Part shown: piece by piece, positions 1-8,551 of the stretch
Numbering within the stretch: position 1 is the stretch's first letter
Layout of the letters: every line of letters starts with the position of its first letter
NCBI GenBank assembly: GCA_035524855.1
Contig: DATKOC010000184.1
Location: 1 to 47,280, forward strand
Origin: a bacterium
GTDB lineage: Bacteria; Oederibacteriota; Muellerivitia; Muellerivitales; Muellerivitaceae
Reading direction: 5' to 3'
Length of the DNA stretch: 47,280 bases
Notes under the pieces: model-generated
The model's database searches: none
Seen by the model: the letters and a program-made list of their open reading frames with translations, nothing else
Told to the model about the DNA's origin: nothing
Position numbers and translations under genes: made by a program

Positions 1-205
1 CCCCAGTCAAATGAGCGTTGGCGGGCAACTGGACGATCTGCGCCTCCACGTAATTGGCCGAATCGAAGGGGTTCCTCAAAAAAGGCAGATGCCCCAACCC
101 CAGCGCCAGGAAGAAAAGAATTTCCAGGGCCATCGCGATTCCAGCGGCTTGTTTCAGCCTTTTTTCGTCTTCGCCGGATTTTAAGAGGCTTTCCGCGTAC
201 GTCAT
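1..205 (-). CDS. 5' part of a TonB-like energy transducer; the gene runs off the window start
   Basis: Absent from the ORF track because no stop lies in the window. The minus-strand ATG at 205..203 forms an ATGA overlap with the exbD stop (204..202). Hand translation gives MTYAESLLKSGEDEKRLKQAAGIAMALEILFFLALGLGHLPFL..., with one N-terminal hydrophobic helix. The position after exbB-exbD fits tonB. The functional call rests on context only. Confidence 0.4.
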   Translation of the reverse strand, partial: MTYAESLLKSGEDEKRLKQAAGIAMALEILFFLALGLGHLPFLRNPFDSANYVEAQIVQLPANAHLTG

Positions 206-612
206 TTGTCTTTATCCGCCTCGGCAACCAGGGCGAACTTCCGGACGCCCACTTGCTTGGCCTTGTCCATGGCTTGCACCACCAGGCCGTAACCGGCGCC
301 CGCGTCCGCGTTCACGATGACGACGTCCTGCGGATTGGCCTGCATTTGGTAGGTCAATTGGGTTCCCAATGTGTCCAAGGTCACTTGGGTCTTATTGACA
401 AGAAGAGCCCCGTCTTTTTTTATCGTGAGGATAATGTTTTGCCTCATGTTTTCCGCCTTCCCCGACATCTTGGGAAGGAGCACCTTGACGCTGTTGATTC
501 GGGTCATGGCCAGTGAAGTCACCATGAAAAACACCAGCAGAAAGAAAATAACGTCGATCATGGGAATAATCTCGATGCGAACCCGCTTGGTCGGCCTTTG
601 ACGGATTTGCAT
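202..612 (-). CDS. exbD: Biopolymer transport protein ExbD/TolR
   Basis: 136 aa. The N-terminus (RIEIIPMIDVIFFLLVFFMVT) is a typical ExbD/TolR membrane anchor followed by a periplasmic domain. It abuts the exbB-like gene. Confidence 0.9.
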   Translation of the reverse strand: MQIRQRPTKRVRIEIIPMIDVIFFLLVFFMVTSLAMTRINSVKVLLPKMSGKAENMRQNIILTIKKDGALLVNKTQVTLDTLGTQLTYQMQANPQDVVIVNADAGAGYGLVVQAMDKAKQVGVRKFALVAEADKDK

Positions 613-1253
613 CAGCTTCTCTTTCTTTCGGACGCCATACGGGCCTCTAAAAGACGGGATGCCGCCGATTCCATTTCGTATATGAAATTCTTAATGTCGG
701 TGTTGAAATAATTGTTAGCAATGACACAAACCAAGGCGACCACCAACCCCGTAGCGGTGGCGATGAGGGCCTCGGCGATGCCGCCCGTGATGGAATAGGG
801 GTCGTCCACCCCGCTTTGGGTCAAGACTTTGAAGGAGCCCATCATGCCGATGATGGTGCCCAAAAGGCCCATCAAGGGCGCGATGGTGATGGTGGTATCC
901 AGGACATGGACCCTTTTTTCCAGGACCGGCACCCAGCTTTCCCCCTCATTCTTCATGGCGATTTCCATTTCCGCCGTGGGGTTCTTGAAATGTTCCAAGC
1001 CGGCCTTCAATACCGCCGCCACTGGAATAAGCTTGCCTTCGCAAAGCTTGAGCGCCTCAGCCGTTTTTCCCTCCTGCACCTTCTGTAGGACTCCTTGCGT
1101 AAAATCGGGAGGCGTCACATATTGCTTGTGGAGCGCTTTCCAGCGTTCGACGATGACCGTCAATGCCAGCAGTGACGAGGCCAGAAGCGGGATCATCATG
1201 AAGCCGCCCCGGAAAATAAATTTGAACCCCTCTAAAAACCCACCCATTTCCAA
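612..1253 (-). CDS. exbB: MotA/TolQ/ExbB proton-channel protein
   Basis: 213 aa with three hydrophobic helices. The C-terminal region (PLMGLLGTIIGMMGSF...GGIAEALIATATGLVVA) matches the MotA/ExbB signature. It overlaps the exbD start by 1 nt. Confidence 0.9.
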   Translation of the reverse strand: MEMGGFLEGFKFIFRGGFMMIPLLASSLLALTVIVERWKALHKQYVTPPDFTQGVLQKVQEGKTAEALKLCEGKLIPVAAVLKAGLEHFKNPTAEMEIAMKNEGESWVPVLEKRVHVLDTTITIAPLMGLLGTIIGMMGSFKVLTQSGVDDPYSITGGIAEALIATATGLVVALVCVIANNYFNTDIKNFIYEMESAASRLLEARMASERKRS

Positions 1254-1351
1254 TTCCTTTCACTTCTTAAAAGATAAAAACGGCAGAACGCCGGTCAGTC
1301 CCTGAAACCGACCGGCATTTGCCTTTGCGAGGTTGAGTTCCAATCCCCCGC

Positions 1352-3742
1352 TTAAATTTCCTTCGCCAAACGGAAAACAAATTGGCGGCCCGCCTCGTAG
1401 TGGTTCCCATTGAAGCCATTGGCGATGAAGATGGGGTACTGGTTGTCGAACAAGTTCAATACATCCAGGCTTGCCTTTAGCCCTTGAAGGCCTGTTTCCT
1501 TCTTGAAGGCATAACCCAGGGTAATGTTCGCCGTGAAGTGGGACGGAAGCCGGAGGGAGTTATTGTCCCCCGTGCTCAGCCCGCCCCCGAACAACCCTTC
1601 CGCCGTGACCCAAAGGTCGCCTGGGTTATAAGTCAAGCCGCCATTGACCGTGTGGATCTGGCAATGGTCCAGGAAGGCGTAATCACTAGTCCCGTAAGTG
1701 GAACCGGGAATCGCGAAGATGCCCCCTGCCAGGCCCTCACCCTTGGCGATCTCATAGGAATAGTTGGCGAAATCCGACCATTGATTGTCGATTTTCCCGT
1801 TGATCCCCACTTCCACGCCATAGGCATAGCCGTGCTCAAAGTTGTAAGGCTGGGCGATGGCGGTGTTCAAAAGCTGGGTATCATCCAACATATCCACCGC
1901 GTCCTTGTAGTAGCCGTTGACGGAAAACAAATGATCCCCCACCTGTTGGGCGATCCCGGCCTCAAAATAATCGTCCTTCTCGGCTTTGATGTCATAAGGC
2001 GTCAATTGCCCTTGACCCAGGCTGTTGAAGGTATCCCTCAAGTCTTCGGGAGGAGCCGGCATGAAAAGCTTCCCGTAAAAGAAATGGACCTTGGTGTTTT
2101 CCGTGGGCAGGATGTTCAAGCCCACCCGTGGTTCCACCAGGCTGTCATTCGCCGTCGTGTCGGGAAAGACGAACTGGGTGGCGTCAAACCGGACACCGGC
2201 GTTCAACACCAGCCATTTGGCCAGCGTTAGGTCATCCTGCAGGTAGATCCCTTCCTGGTATCCGTTATCGGTCGCGTTGTCGCTAGTGGTTGTCGTCACC
2301 GGCGAACCGGGAGTAGTGGCATTGTCCACCTCGACCACGCCGGCAACTCCAAAGGATTGGGTCCAGAGCGCCTGGGCCCCAATTTTGATCAGGTTATTGG
2401 AGTCCGCCCTCAAGGAGTAATCCACCTGCATCCCCAGGTTGTTGCTGGTCCGGTCCTCCGAAAAGGAATCCGAAACGACTGGGAAAAGGGAAGCCGCGGC
2501 AAGGTCGTTGGCCAAGTCGTTGTTGAAAACAACGTTCGACTGCTTCCAATAAGGCGATACTTGCAGGAAGGAATCGTCCCCGAAGGAATGCTTCCAGGAA
2601 AACTCGATGTATTTGTTGGATTCCGATTGGGTGTCGTTGGTCCCGTTCGGAACATAATTGAAGGGCCCGTTCCCGTAGGGGTCGGTGTAGGTATTGAAGA
2701 AGGGGCTGTTCTGGTCGAAGGAAGACGGATAGTTCGGAATTTGGAAGGATTTGTTCTCGCTGAAGGCGATCAAAACCAATTTATTGGAGTTGTCCGCCAC
2801 CCAATCGAACTTGCCGAACTGGTTGGAGCCATAACTCTTGTCATGCACAGCTTCCGAACCTCCGCTGGAATCGTCCGTAGGGCTCGCTGGATTAGGGGTA
2901 TCAAGCCCCCGGTCGGTATAAGTACTACTGGTCGACAGGAAGTAATGGAAAGCCCCCGAGGAATCCGATCCCCCATAATTAGCGAAGGGATTGAGTTGAT
3001 TGTAGGAACCGTAACTTAAACCAATGTTCCCTCCTGGAGTTGTTGATCCTGATTTTGTAACTATGTTCACCACTCCGGCCAAACGTGTCCCGAACTCGGC
3101 CGGAAGGCCTCCGGTTATAATGTCCATATGGTCGATGTTCGCCGTCGCAAAGGCTTCTCCGAAAGAACCGCCTGTCGAATCCGGCAATTGAATACCATCG
3201 ATTTGGTATTGAAGATTGGCGTGGTTGCCCCTGGTGAACACCTGCCCAAAAGGCCCTTCCACCATTCCCGCGTTGGTGGTATAGAGCAGTGTCGGAAGCG
3301 AGGCGGTGTCCCCTTGCGGCAGTTGAGCAATTTCTGCTGAATCAATGGATTTGCTACTGGTGGAAGAATGGGTGATAAGGTGGCGCTTTTCACGGACCGT
3401 CATCTGCATTTCCCCCCCGGCCGTCGGTACCAGATGGATATCAAGCATGGAATTTCCTGAAACCTCCACCTTTCCCTGGTAAGGCGAAAAGCCATCCACT
3501 TCGACACCCACGTTGTATTCACCGTAGGTCAGCGGAAACGCCTCATAAGTCCCGGTCGCAGTGGTCGTAACGTCCTTTTCCTCACCGACACCTTTTATCG
3601 TCACCTTTGCGTTTGGTAGCGCCACACCCTTGTCGTCGTAAACCGTTCCCGAAAGCGCCCCGTCTACTGTGGCCAAGACACGCCCAGTGGAAAGGCTAAA
3701 AAGCACAAACAAAAGGAAAAACAACTTCTTATAAATGGTCAT
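1352..3742 (-). CDS. TonB-dependent outer-membrane receptor with N-terminal carboxypeptidase-regulatory-like domain
   Basis: 796 aa with a signal peptide. A beta-sandwich-like segment (GTVYDDKGVALPNAKVTIKG...) is followed by a plug-like region, a long barrel rich in aromatic/Gly beta-strand repeats, and a C-terminal ...RQFVFRLAKEI. It lies next to exbBD. Confidence 0.88.
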   Translation of the reverse strand: MTIYKKLFFLLFVLFSLSTGRVLATVDGALSGTVYDDKGVALPNAKVTIKGVGEEKDVTTTATGTYEAFPLTYGEYNVGVEVDGFSPYQGKVEVSGNSMLDIHLVPTAGGEMQMTVREKRHLITHSSTSSKSIDSAEIAQLPQGDTASLPTLLYTTNAGMVEGPFGQVFTRGNHANLQYQIDGIQLPDSTGGSFGEAFATANIDHMDIITGGLPAEFGTRLAGVVNIVTKSGSTTPGGNIGLSYGSYNQLNPFANYGGSDSSGAFHYFLSTSSTYTDRGLDTPNPASPTDDSSGGSEAVHDKSYGSNQFGKFDWVADNSNKLVLIAFSENKSFQIPNYPSSFDQNSPFFNTYTDPYGNGPFNYVPNGTNDTQSESNKYIEFSWKHSFGDDSFLQVSPYWKQSNVVFNNDLANDLAAASLFPVVSDSFSEDRTSNNLGMQVDYSLRADSNNLIKIGAQALWTQSFGVAGVVEVDNATTPGSPVTTTTSDNATDNGYQEGIYLQDDLTLAKWLVLNAGVRFDATQFVFPDTTANDSLVEPRVGLNILPTENTKVHFFYGKLFMPAPPEDLRDTFNSLGQGQLTPYDIKAEKDDYFEAGIAQQVGDHLFSVNGYYKDAVDMLDDTQLLNTAIAQPYNFEHGYAYGVEVGINGKIDNQWSDFANYSYEIAKGEGLAGGIFAIPGSTYGTSDYAFLDHCQIHTVNGGLTYNPGDLWVTAEGLFGGGLSTGDNNSLRLPSHFTANITLGYAFKKETGLQGLKASLDVLNLFDNQYPIFIANGFNGNHYEAGRQFVFRLAKEI

Positions 3743-3922
3743 TCTGGTCCCCTTAATGAAATGGAATAACGGTTAAGCAGTATTCAGCCCTGGAGGTTGA
3801 ATAGTGCTAAACCTGGAAAACATTTTTAGCTTTATTGGGACTTTTGCGATTGGGCGTAGCCCAAAGGGAAATCCCCCTGAAAAGCGAAATTCAGCCCAAA
3901 TGAGGCCCGGCTGAAGGTATCG

Positions 3923-4216
3923 TTACAGGAGGATGGAAGGAGGAGCCCTTCCGACAGACGGAAAAGATTCAAATGAAGATACAAATAAAAGTGGTGTGAA
4001 AACAACAAGTGAGACGAAGACCGGTGAATGAAACAGGGTGGGCGGCTTGGGCGCGGAGGGCGCGTTGGAGCCGGTTAATTGCCACGCGCAAAGCGAACAA
4101 TCATCATGACCTTCAAGATTGTCATGATGATGAGAAGCTTCCATCGCCAGCACCAAAAAAAACGCCAGCAACGAGAACGTCACAAATGAAAAAAGATTTT
4201 TACGAAAAAACCTCAT
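3923..4216 (-). CDS. Small membrane protein with His run, CxxC and near-C-terminal GRAPP (paralog 1)
   Basis: 97 aa. Layout: basic N-terminus plus TM helix, SHHHD, DDCSLC, a second hydrophobic helix, then ...VGRAPPSILL. The architecture matches the ORF at 6082..6396. Confidence 0.55.
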   Translation of the reverse strand: MRFFRKNLFSFVTFSLLAFFLVLAMEASHHHDNLEGHDDCSLCAWQLTGSNAPSAPKPPTLFHSPVFVSLVVFTPLLFVSSFESFPSVGRAPPSILL

Positions 4217-4522
4217 TTATCCGGGGCTCCCCATCCAAAACGGAAAATCAAATGGTGGTCATCCTACCTCTGCACTTTTTTAATTTCAACCCCGTCTAAT
4301 TTTATTTCTAAATGTTGTCCAGTCCGCTCCCCGCTGTGGACAACCTTAAACCCGCGCAAACAGAAAATATCTGAATTCCTGATCTTTCTTCACGGCGTAA
4401 CATGGGTTTCAAACTCTTCCCGGATAACCTGACATCACTCCCAAGTTACTCTTTAATGCGCTCCGCATCGTATTGGCCTACATTGAGGTTGTTGCACATG
4501 TTCGGGCCGTCCGGCGCTGAAC

Positions 4523-5224
4523 TTAAAACAAGCCTTCCTGCATATTGACCCCGTACCAGATATCCAAACCCATTACTCCCGTGGATTCCATTTCACCTTT
4601 CATTGGCTCCGATCTCATAAAAGCGGGGGCCTTAGAAACATCGGATGCCTCATGGACCACGATAGCGATCTCCGGCTTTCCCGGCAGATGGTGGATACTG
4701 TAGTTGCTGTTCTTATACTTCCTTCCGGGATGGTTATGTTTTCCGCCATCTTCCTTGTAAAAACAATCCAGCCAAAATTTGTAGTCCCGCACCTCATTTC
4801 TAGCGATAACAATGCCACCGGTCATTTGGGGCTGTTGTGTGTATTTTCGTTCGGTCGTGTCCAACCCGTACCAAACCATGGGGATCTGGGCGTCGGCCTT
4901 ATCCACAGAAGCCATAAACTCGGGTGACCGGACAAAATCCACCCCCTCACCCAAACGATCACATTTCAGGGTAATGATGAACGTTTCACGGTCGTTCAGA
5001 TCCCGGTGCAAACTATAGGCGGAAAATCCATGCGCCTTAAGGTTTGGCCCCTCCGTCCGAAATGCCCGCAGATAGGCTTTGGGGTCCGGGGCCTTTTGAC
5101 GGATGAATATTGTCCCGGGGGCTTCCAGGGAAAAACTGCCGTTTCGGCAACCGAATGAAAAAAACGCCGTCATAAAAATGGCCGCGAAAACCGTACTCGC
5201 CCACAGGAAATTGGACTGTTTCAC
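4523..5224 (-). CDS. Lipoprotein of unknown function with an internal two-module duplication
   Basis: 233 aa. The signal peptide ends in a lipobox-like FFSFGC. Two modules of about 90 aa each end in a WYG motif (MVWYGLD and DIWYGVN). Confidence 0.6.
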   Translation of the reverse strand: MKQSNFLWASTVFAAIFMTAFFSFGCRNGSFSLEAPGTIFIRQKAPDPKAYLRAFRTEGPNLKAHGFSAYSLHRDLNDRETFIITLKCDRLGEGVDFVRSPEFMASVDKADAQIPMVWYGLDTTERKYTQQPQMTGGIVIARNEVRDYKFWLDCFYKEDGGKHNHPGRKYKNSNYSIHHLPGKPEIAIVVHEASDVSKAPAFMRSEPMKGEMESTGVMGLDIWYGVNMQEGLF

Positions 5225-5305
5225 GAAATTTTCCTCCGATAGAAAACGGGATCCATTTTGCGCTTCATTTACCCAACGCCGTTTGTTTCATAATAGATAA
5301 GGCGT

Positions 5306-5641
5306 TTACCATCCTTTCGGATACGCGGTTTTGTCCGCTGTCATACGGCAAAGGGTCCATTGGCCTGAATAGTCTTCCCCCACCGACAGGACCCCGAACA
5401 CGGTCACCGGAATGTCCATCATGACTTTCGCCGCTCCTTCCTTTCCCATTTGAACGAATACCCATTCGTTCATTTTGGGCGCGATGCCGAAACAGCAGGT
5501 CATTTGGCTTCGGACCAACATAAAAGAAGCCGCTTTCCCGTCCTCCTCCCTGACCTCCAAGGGAACCATGTAGCCCGCCACCGCCACATTTTGCCCGTTC
5601 AATCTCTTGACGGCTTTCAAATTGTTTTTAAAAGCGAACAA
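5306..5641 (-). CDS. DUF3299-like protein (core only; TTG start, no signal sequence in frame)
   Basis: 111 aa. The core GQNVAVAGYMVPLE...FMLVRSQMTCCFG...NEWVFV resembles the DUF3299 pattern as I recall it. An in-frame TAA at 5656..5654 blocks any N-terminal extension. Confidence 0.5.
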   Translation of the reverse strand: MFAFKNNLKAVKRLNGQNVAVAGYMVPLEVREEDGKAASFMLVRSQMTCCFGIAPKMNEWVFVQMGKEGAAKVMMDIPVTVFGVLSVGEDYSGQWTLCRMTADKTAYPKGW

Positions 5642-5688
5642 AGAAGTGACGGTTTAAACATGAATGGTCTCTTTGTTGTATTTACGAT

Positions 5689-5874
5689 TTATGCGGCTTT
5701 CAGAAGGAAGCAAACCAAGCCGGCCATCAGGCCCACCGAAAAAGCGACCGCCAGCCAATACTTCCAATCGCGGGGTGGGATGTTGGATTGATAATCGGTT
5801 TTAAATTTCCTCTCCTTCCGTTTCGGCCAATGGGCCGTCCTGATAAATTTGGTTTTTCTCAAGGTTCTCTCCAA
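5689..5874 (-). CDS. Short basic ORF with one TM helix; possibly the detached N-terminus of the DUF3299-like gene
   Basis: 61 aa with one hydrophobic helix (WLAVAFSVGLMAGLVCFLL). It ends 47 nt upstream of the DUF3299-like ORF, in a different frame. Confidence 0.2.
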   Translation of the reverse strand: MERTLRKTKFIRTAHWPKRKERKFKTDYQSNIPPRDWKYWLAVAFSVGLMAGLVCFLLKAA

Positions 5875-6081
5875 ACCGGGAATGCAAGTACGCCGGAAAC
5901 GGCGGAATGAAACCGCGGTTTCCGGGCGAGAATTGGATTGATGGATGAGAATGGGCGAACGCGGGCCAGTGGGCCCGTGTTCCTAACGGGAATGAATGGC
6001 GGAAATGGGAAGACTTGGGGGTGTTTAAGCGGACTTACAACAGGGGTTCAAAACCAAGCCACTGCCGCCTTGTTCCCGCTA

Positions 6082-6396
6082 CTAGATTGAAGGGGGAACG
6101 GCAGGAGGCGCCCGACCGGAATGGACTGAAAAGGCCTGCGGCTCAAAGATGGATTGAACGACCACCAGGACGAAAAACAACACGAACGCGGGAGTTAAAT
6201 CAGGGAGGACAACCGAGATATCGGAAAACTTGGTGTTGTTATGAAAACTACAAAACGCGCAGTCTTGTTCCTCGGTCTGGCTCTCGTGGTGATGGTGGAT
6301 GAACCCGTGGGCGGAACCCACGAGCGTAAACACCATCAAAAGCGCCAGGGCTAATAATCGAAAGCCGTTTCTTTTCGACCGCAAGCGGGGCTCCAT
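6082..6396 (-). CDS. Small membrane protein with His run, CxxC and near-C-terminal GRAPP (paralog 2)
   Basis: The track ORF is 6082..6444. I prefer the ATG at 6396 (MEPRLRSKRNGFRLLALALLMV...), which mirrors paralog 1. Layout: IHHHHE, QDCAFC, a second hydrophobic helix, then ...SGRAPPAVPPSI. Confidence 0.55.
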   Translation of the reverse strand: MEPRLRSKRNGFRLLALALLMVFTLVGSAHGFIHHHHESQTEEQDCAFCSFHNNTKFSDISVVLPDLTPAFVLFFVLVVVQSIFEPQAFSVHSGRAPPAVPPSI

Positions 6397-6482
6397 GCCA
6401 GAAGGATAGCCGATATGATGGCAAACATTGAAAATGATTGTCAATGAGGGTGTTTGAAAGGGCTTGGGGCAAGGCCAAATGA

Positions 6483-6564
6483 GAAGGGGCGCACCCAGAC
6501 GAGGTCGGGTACTGGCACTTTGGGGATTAACAACGTCGGGGAGAAAAGCTGCCGTGTCGGGGAT
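6483..6564. repeat. Copy 1 of a conserved ~82-nt non-coding element (upstream of the minus-strand gene starting at 6396)
   Basis: GAAGGGGCGCACCCAG...GGTACTGG...TTGGGGATTAACA...GGAGAA.AG.TGCCGTG.CG.GGAT is shared with 8552..8633 in the same orientation. Hand alignment gives about 65 of about 83 positions identical. Confidence 0.7.
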
Positions 6565-6626
6565 CGGCGAGGCTAGGAAAAGGCCTTGGTATCGGTCTTG
6601 TATTTAATGAAATATGATTTATTCGT

Positions 6627-6654
6627 ATTGCACGATAAGGCCATATCGTGCAAT
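6627..6654 (-). terminator. Perfect 11-bp stem hairpin downstream of the exeA-like gene; possible terminator or protein-binding palindrome
   Basis: ATTGCACGATA-aggcca-TATCGTGCAAT lies in a low-GC patch. No clean U-run follows on the minus strand, so the terminator role is uncertain. Confidence 0.3.
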
Positions 6655-6824
6655 TAGAATTTTAGCCTTTTTAGGTCTTAAGCATCCTCCAGTAAGCCGT
6701 TTCGTGATTAAAGGTTCGGAGCTTAAAGCTGAACAACGCGGTCGGCGCCCTTCGCCGAGGCCCCGCCTTCGCCAAGCGCCGCTGCCGCTCGGCCACGGCG
6801 GACAAGCAACGGGAAGGCCTTTCC

Positions 6825-7649
6825 TCAATAACTCCGGGTCAGGCCCAGGTCGAGGACGACCTGTTCGATGATGTCGGCATCGATCCAATCCCTTTTCAAG
6901 AGATACCCCTCCAGCATGGCGTTGTCGCAGAGGGTGTTGATCAGGCGGGGGATACCCTTGGAATAGCCGAAAATCTTCTGGAAGGCGTTTTCGGTGAAGA
7001 TGTCACCTGCGCGGCCCGCGACCGCCAAGCGGTGCCGGATATATTGTTGGGTGGATCCGTGGGACAAGGATTGGAGGACGATTTTCATCGCCACCCTCTG
7101 TAACAGCGGGGGGTCCAGGGCGAGATTTTTTTCCAATTCCGGCAGGCCCAAAAAAACGAAGGAAATGAGTTTCCGGCCGGGGACTTCCAGGTTTAAAAGC
7201 CCGCGGAATTCCTCGAAAATCCCCTTTTTTTGGATCATGTTGGCCTCATCGATCACCACGACGGCCTTGCGGCCTTCCTCGTTGATCCTCAAGATCCGTT
7301 CCGTCAACTGGTGGACGATTTGGTCCTTGGAATCCGCGGGATTTTCCACCCCTAAATGATGGGCGATTTTTTTGAGCAGCCATTCGGCGGTGATGTCGCT
7401 GTGGAGGATGACCAGGAGGGAAGGTTCGTATTGCGGGTCCCGCTCCATCATTTCCAGCGCCTTGCGCGCGAGGGTGGTTTTTCCGGTGCCAATGTCCCCC
7501 AAAACGACCGTCAACCCCTTCATGGTCTCGACGGTGTGCAGCATCCGGACCAGGGCCTCGGAATGTTGGCGGCTCTCAAAATAAAAACGACTGTCGAGGG
7601 CGTTTGAAAACGCCGGTTCCTTCAAACCGTAAAAGGTTTCATAACTCAT
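6825..7649 (-). CDS. ExeA/GspA-like AAA ATPase (AAA_22 type)
   Basis: 274 aa. The N-terminus FYGLKEPAFSNALDSRFYFESRQHSEAL matches the ExeA-type leader. Also present are Walker A (GDIGTGKTT), Walker B (VVVIDEANM) and a C-terminal GIPRLINTLCDNAML motif. Confidence 0.85.
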   Translation of the reverse strand: MSYETFYGLKEPAFSNALDSRFYFESRQHSEALVRMLHTVETMKGLTVVLGDIGTGKTTLARKALEMMERDPQYEPSLLVILHSDITAEWLLKKIAHHLGVENPADSKDQIVHQLTERILRINEEGRKAVVVIDEANMIQKKGIFEEFRGLLNLEVPGRKLISFVFLGLPELEKNLALDPPLLQRVAMKIVLQSLSHGSTQQYIRHRLAVAGRAGDIFTENAFQKIFGYSKGIPRLINTLCDNAMLEGYLLKRDWIDADIIEQVVLDLGLTRSY

Positions 7650-7715
7650 TCCCGAACTCTCCCCCGATATTATTGAATTGTCTGGTGGAGCTCCCCCGCG
7701 CGAGCCCGGGGCGCC

Positions 7716-8459
7716 TCACGGGGCCGGGGGCGGGCCGAAGGTCACGTCAAAATAAACTTCCACCGACGGCTTGGGCCCCATGGACCCCCAGACATCCTCG
7801 AGGATCTTGACCTTGAAGGCGGACAGGCGGACTTCGTAATGGCCGGTCACCCGGACCTGGCCGCCCGAAAAGACAGCCTCCCCCTTTAAGGGGATATCCA
7901 GGCTGGCTCCCGCGATGGACAATTCACCGGGAGCCTGGAGGGAATAGACGCCGGGCCGGACCTCTTTCCCCAGCTTTGCTTTCCCGAGGCGGAATTCCAC
8001 ACTGGGGTTGTCCTTGGCCTGGAGAGTTTTGTAGGGGCCGGCCAGCGCGTAATCGGACCCCGTTTCGACCTCGGGGTCGGAGGCCTGGAGCCCGACGATG
8101 GGTACCCGCAGGGTCATGGCCTGGACCCCTTGGCGCCTTACTTCGGCCAGGAGGGCGTCCGGCACCCCGGCCCCCAAGGGCGCGTTGAGGATGGCGGACC
8201 CGAGCAGGGTCCCGGCCCATAACTCAAAGGAACGCTTATCGGTGGAACCCCGGACCCAAAGGCGGCTGCCTTTCCGCAAGACCAAAGCTTCCCCCGCCGG
8301 AACGTGGGCCATCGGAAAGGCGGGCCCCACCTCCTTGGCGGCGGGTGGCGCGGGGGTGGGCACGGCGGCCCCGCTGGCGCCCGGGCCCGCGAAAAGGGAA
8401 GGGACGGACAAGGAAAGCAGGAGGATCAAAACGGCGGAAGGGACAAGGGACCGGTTCAT
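7716..8459 (-). CDS. Secreted protein, possibly YceI-like
   Basis: 247 aa with a signal peptide and an Ala/Pro linker. The beta-rich body (SFELWAGTLLGSA..., GELSIAGASLDIPLKGEAVF..., VEVYFDVTF) loosely follows the YceI pattern. The function is tentative. Confidence 0.5.
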   Translation of the reverse strand: MNRSLVPSAVLILLLSLSVPSLFAGPGASGAAVPTPAPPAAKEVGPAFPMAHVPAGEALVLRKGSRLWVRGSTDKRSFELWAGTLLGSAILNAPLGAGVPDALLAEVRRQGVQAMTLRVPIVGLQASDPEVETGSDYALAGPYKTLQAKDNPSVEFRLGKAKLGKEVRPGVYSLQAPGELSIAGASLDIPLKGEAVFSGGQVRVTGHYEVRLSAFKVKILEDVWGSMGPKPSVEVYFDVTFGPPPAP

Positions 8460-8551
8460 GGGACACCCCTTTCGAAGAATTTAATCCAGTATGAGGAGAC
8501 CCAGGGGGCGGGGTTATGAGCGATGTCATAATGGAAAGGTCAACCGACAGG

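Noticed and set aside
3743-3922. Possible riboswitch or Fur/Zur box in the 180-nt leader of the TonB-dependent receptor
   Set aside because: I found no B12-box, no other riboswitch core and no convincing Fur/Zur palindrome by eye. The region is only generally AT-rich.
6513-6530. TGGCAC within copy 1 of the 82-nt element as a sigma-54 -24 box
   Set aside because: No TTGC/GC -12 element sits at the required spacing (the sequence is TGGCACTTTGGGGATT). The hexamer is not conserved in copy 2 (TGGTGT). Minus-strand GG..GC candidates also fail the 12-nt register.
6614-6888. 85-aa plus-strand and 89-aa minus-strand ORFs downstream of the exeA-like gene
   Set aside because: They are Arg/Pro/Gly-rich and mutually antisense, with no start context or motifs. 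The region may be a decayed gene remnant, but I cannot support a CDS call.
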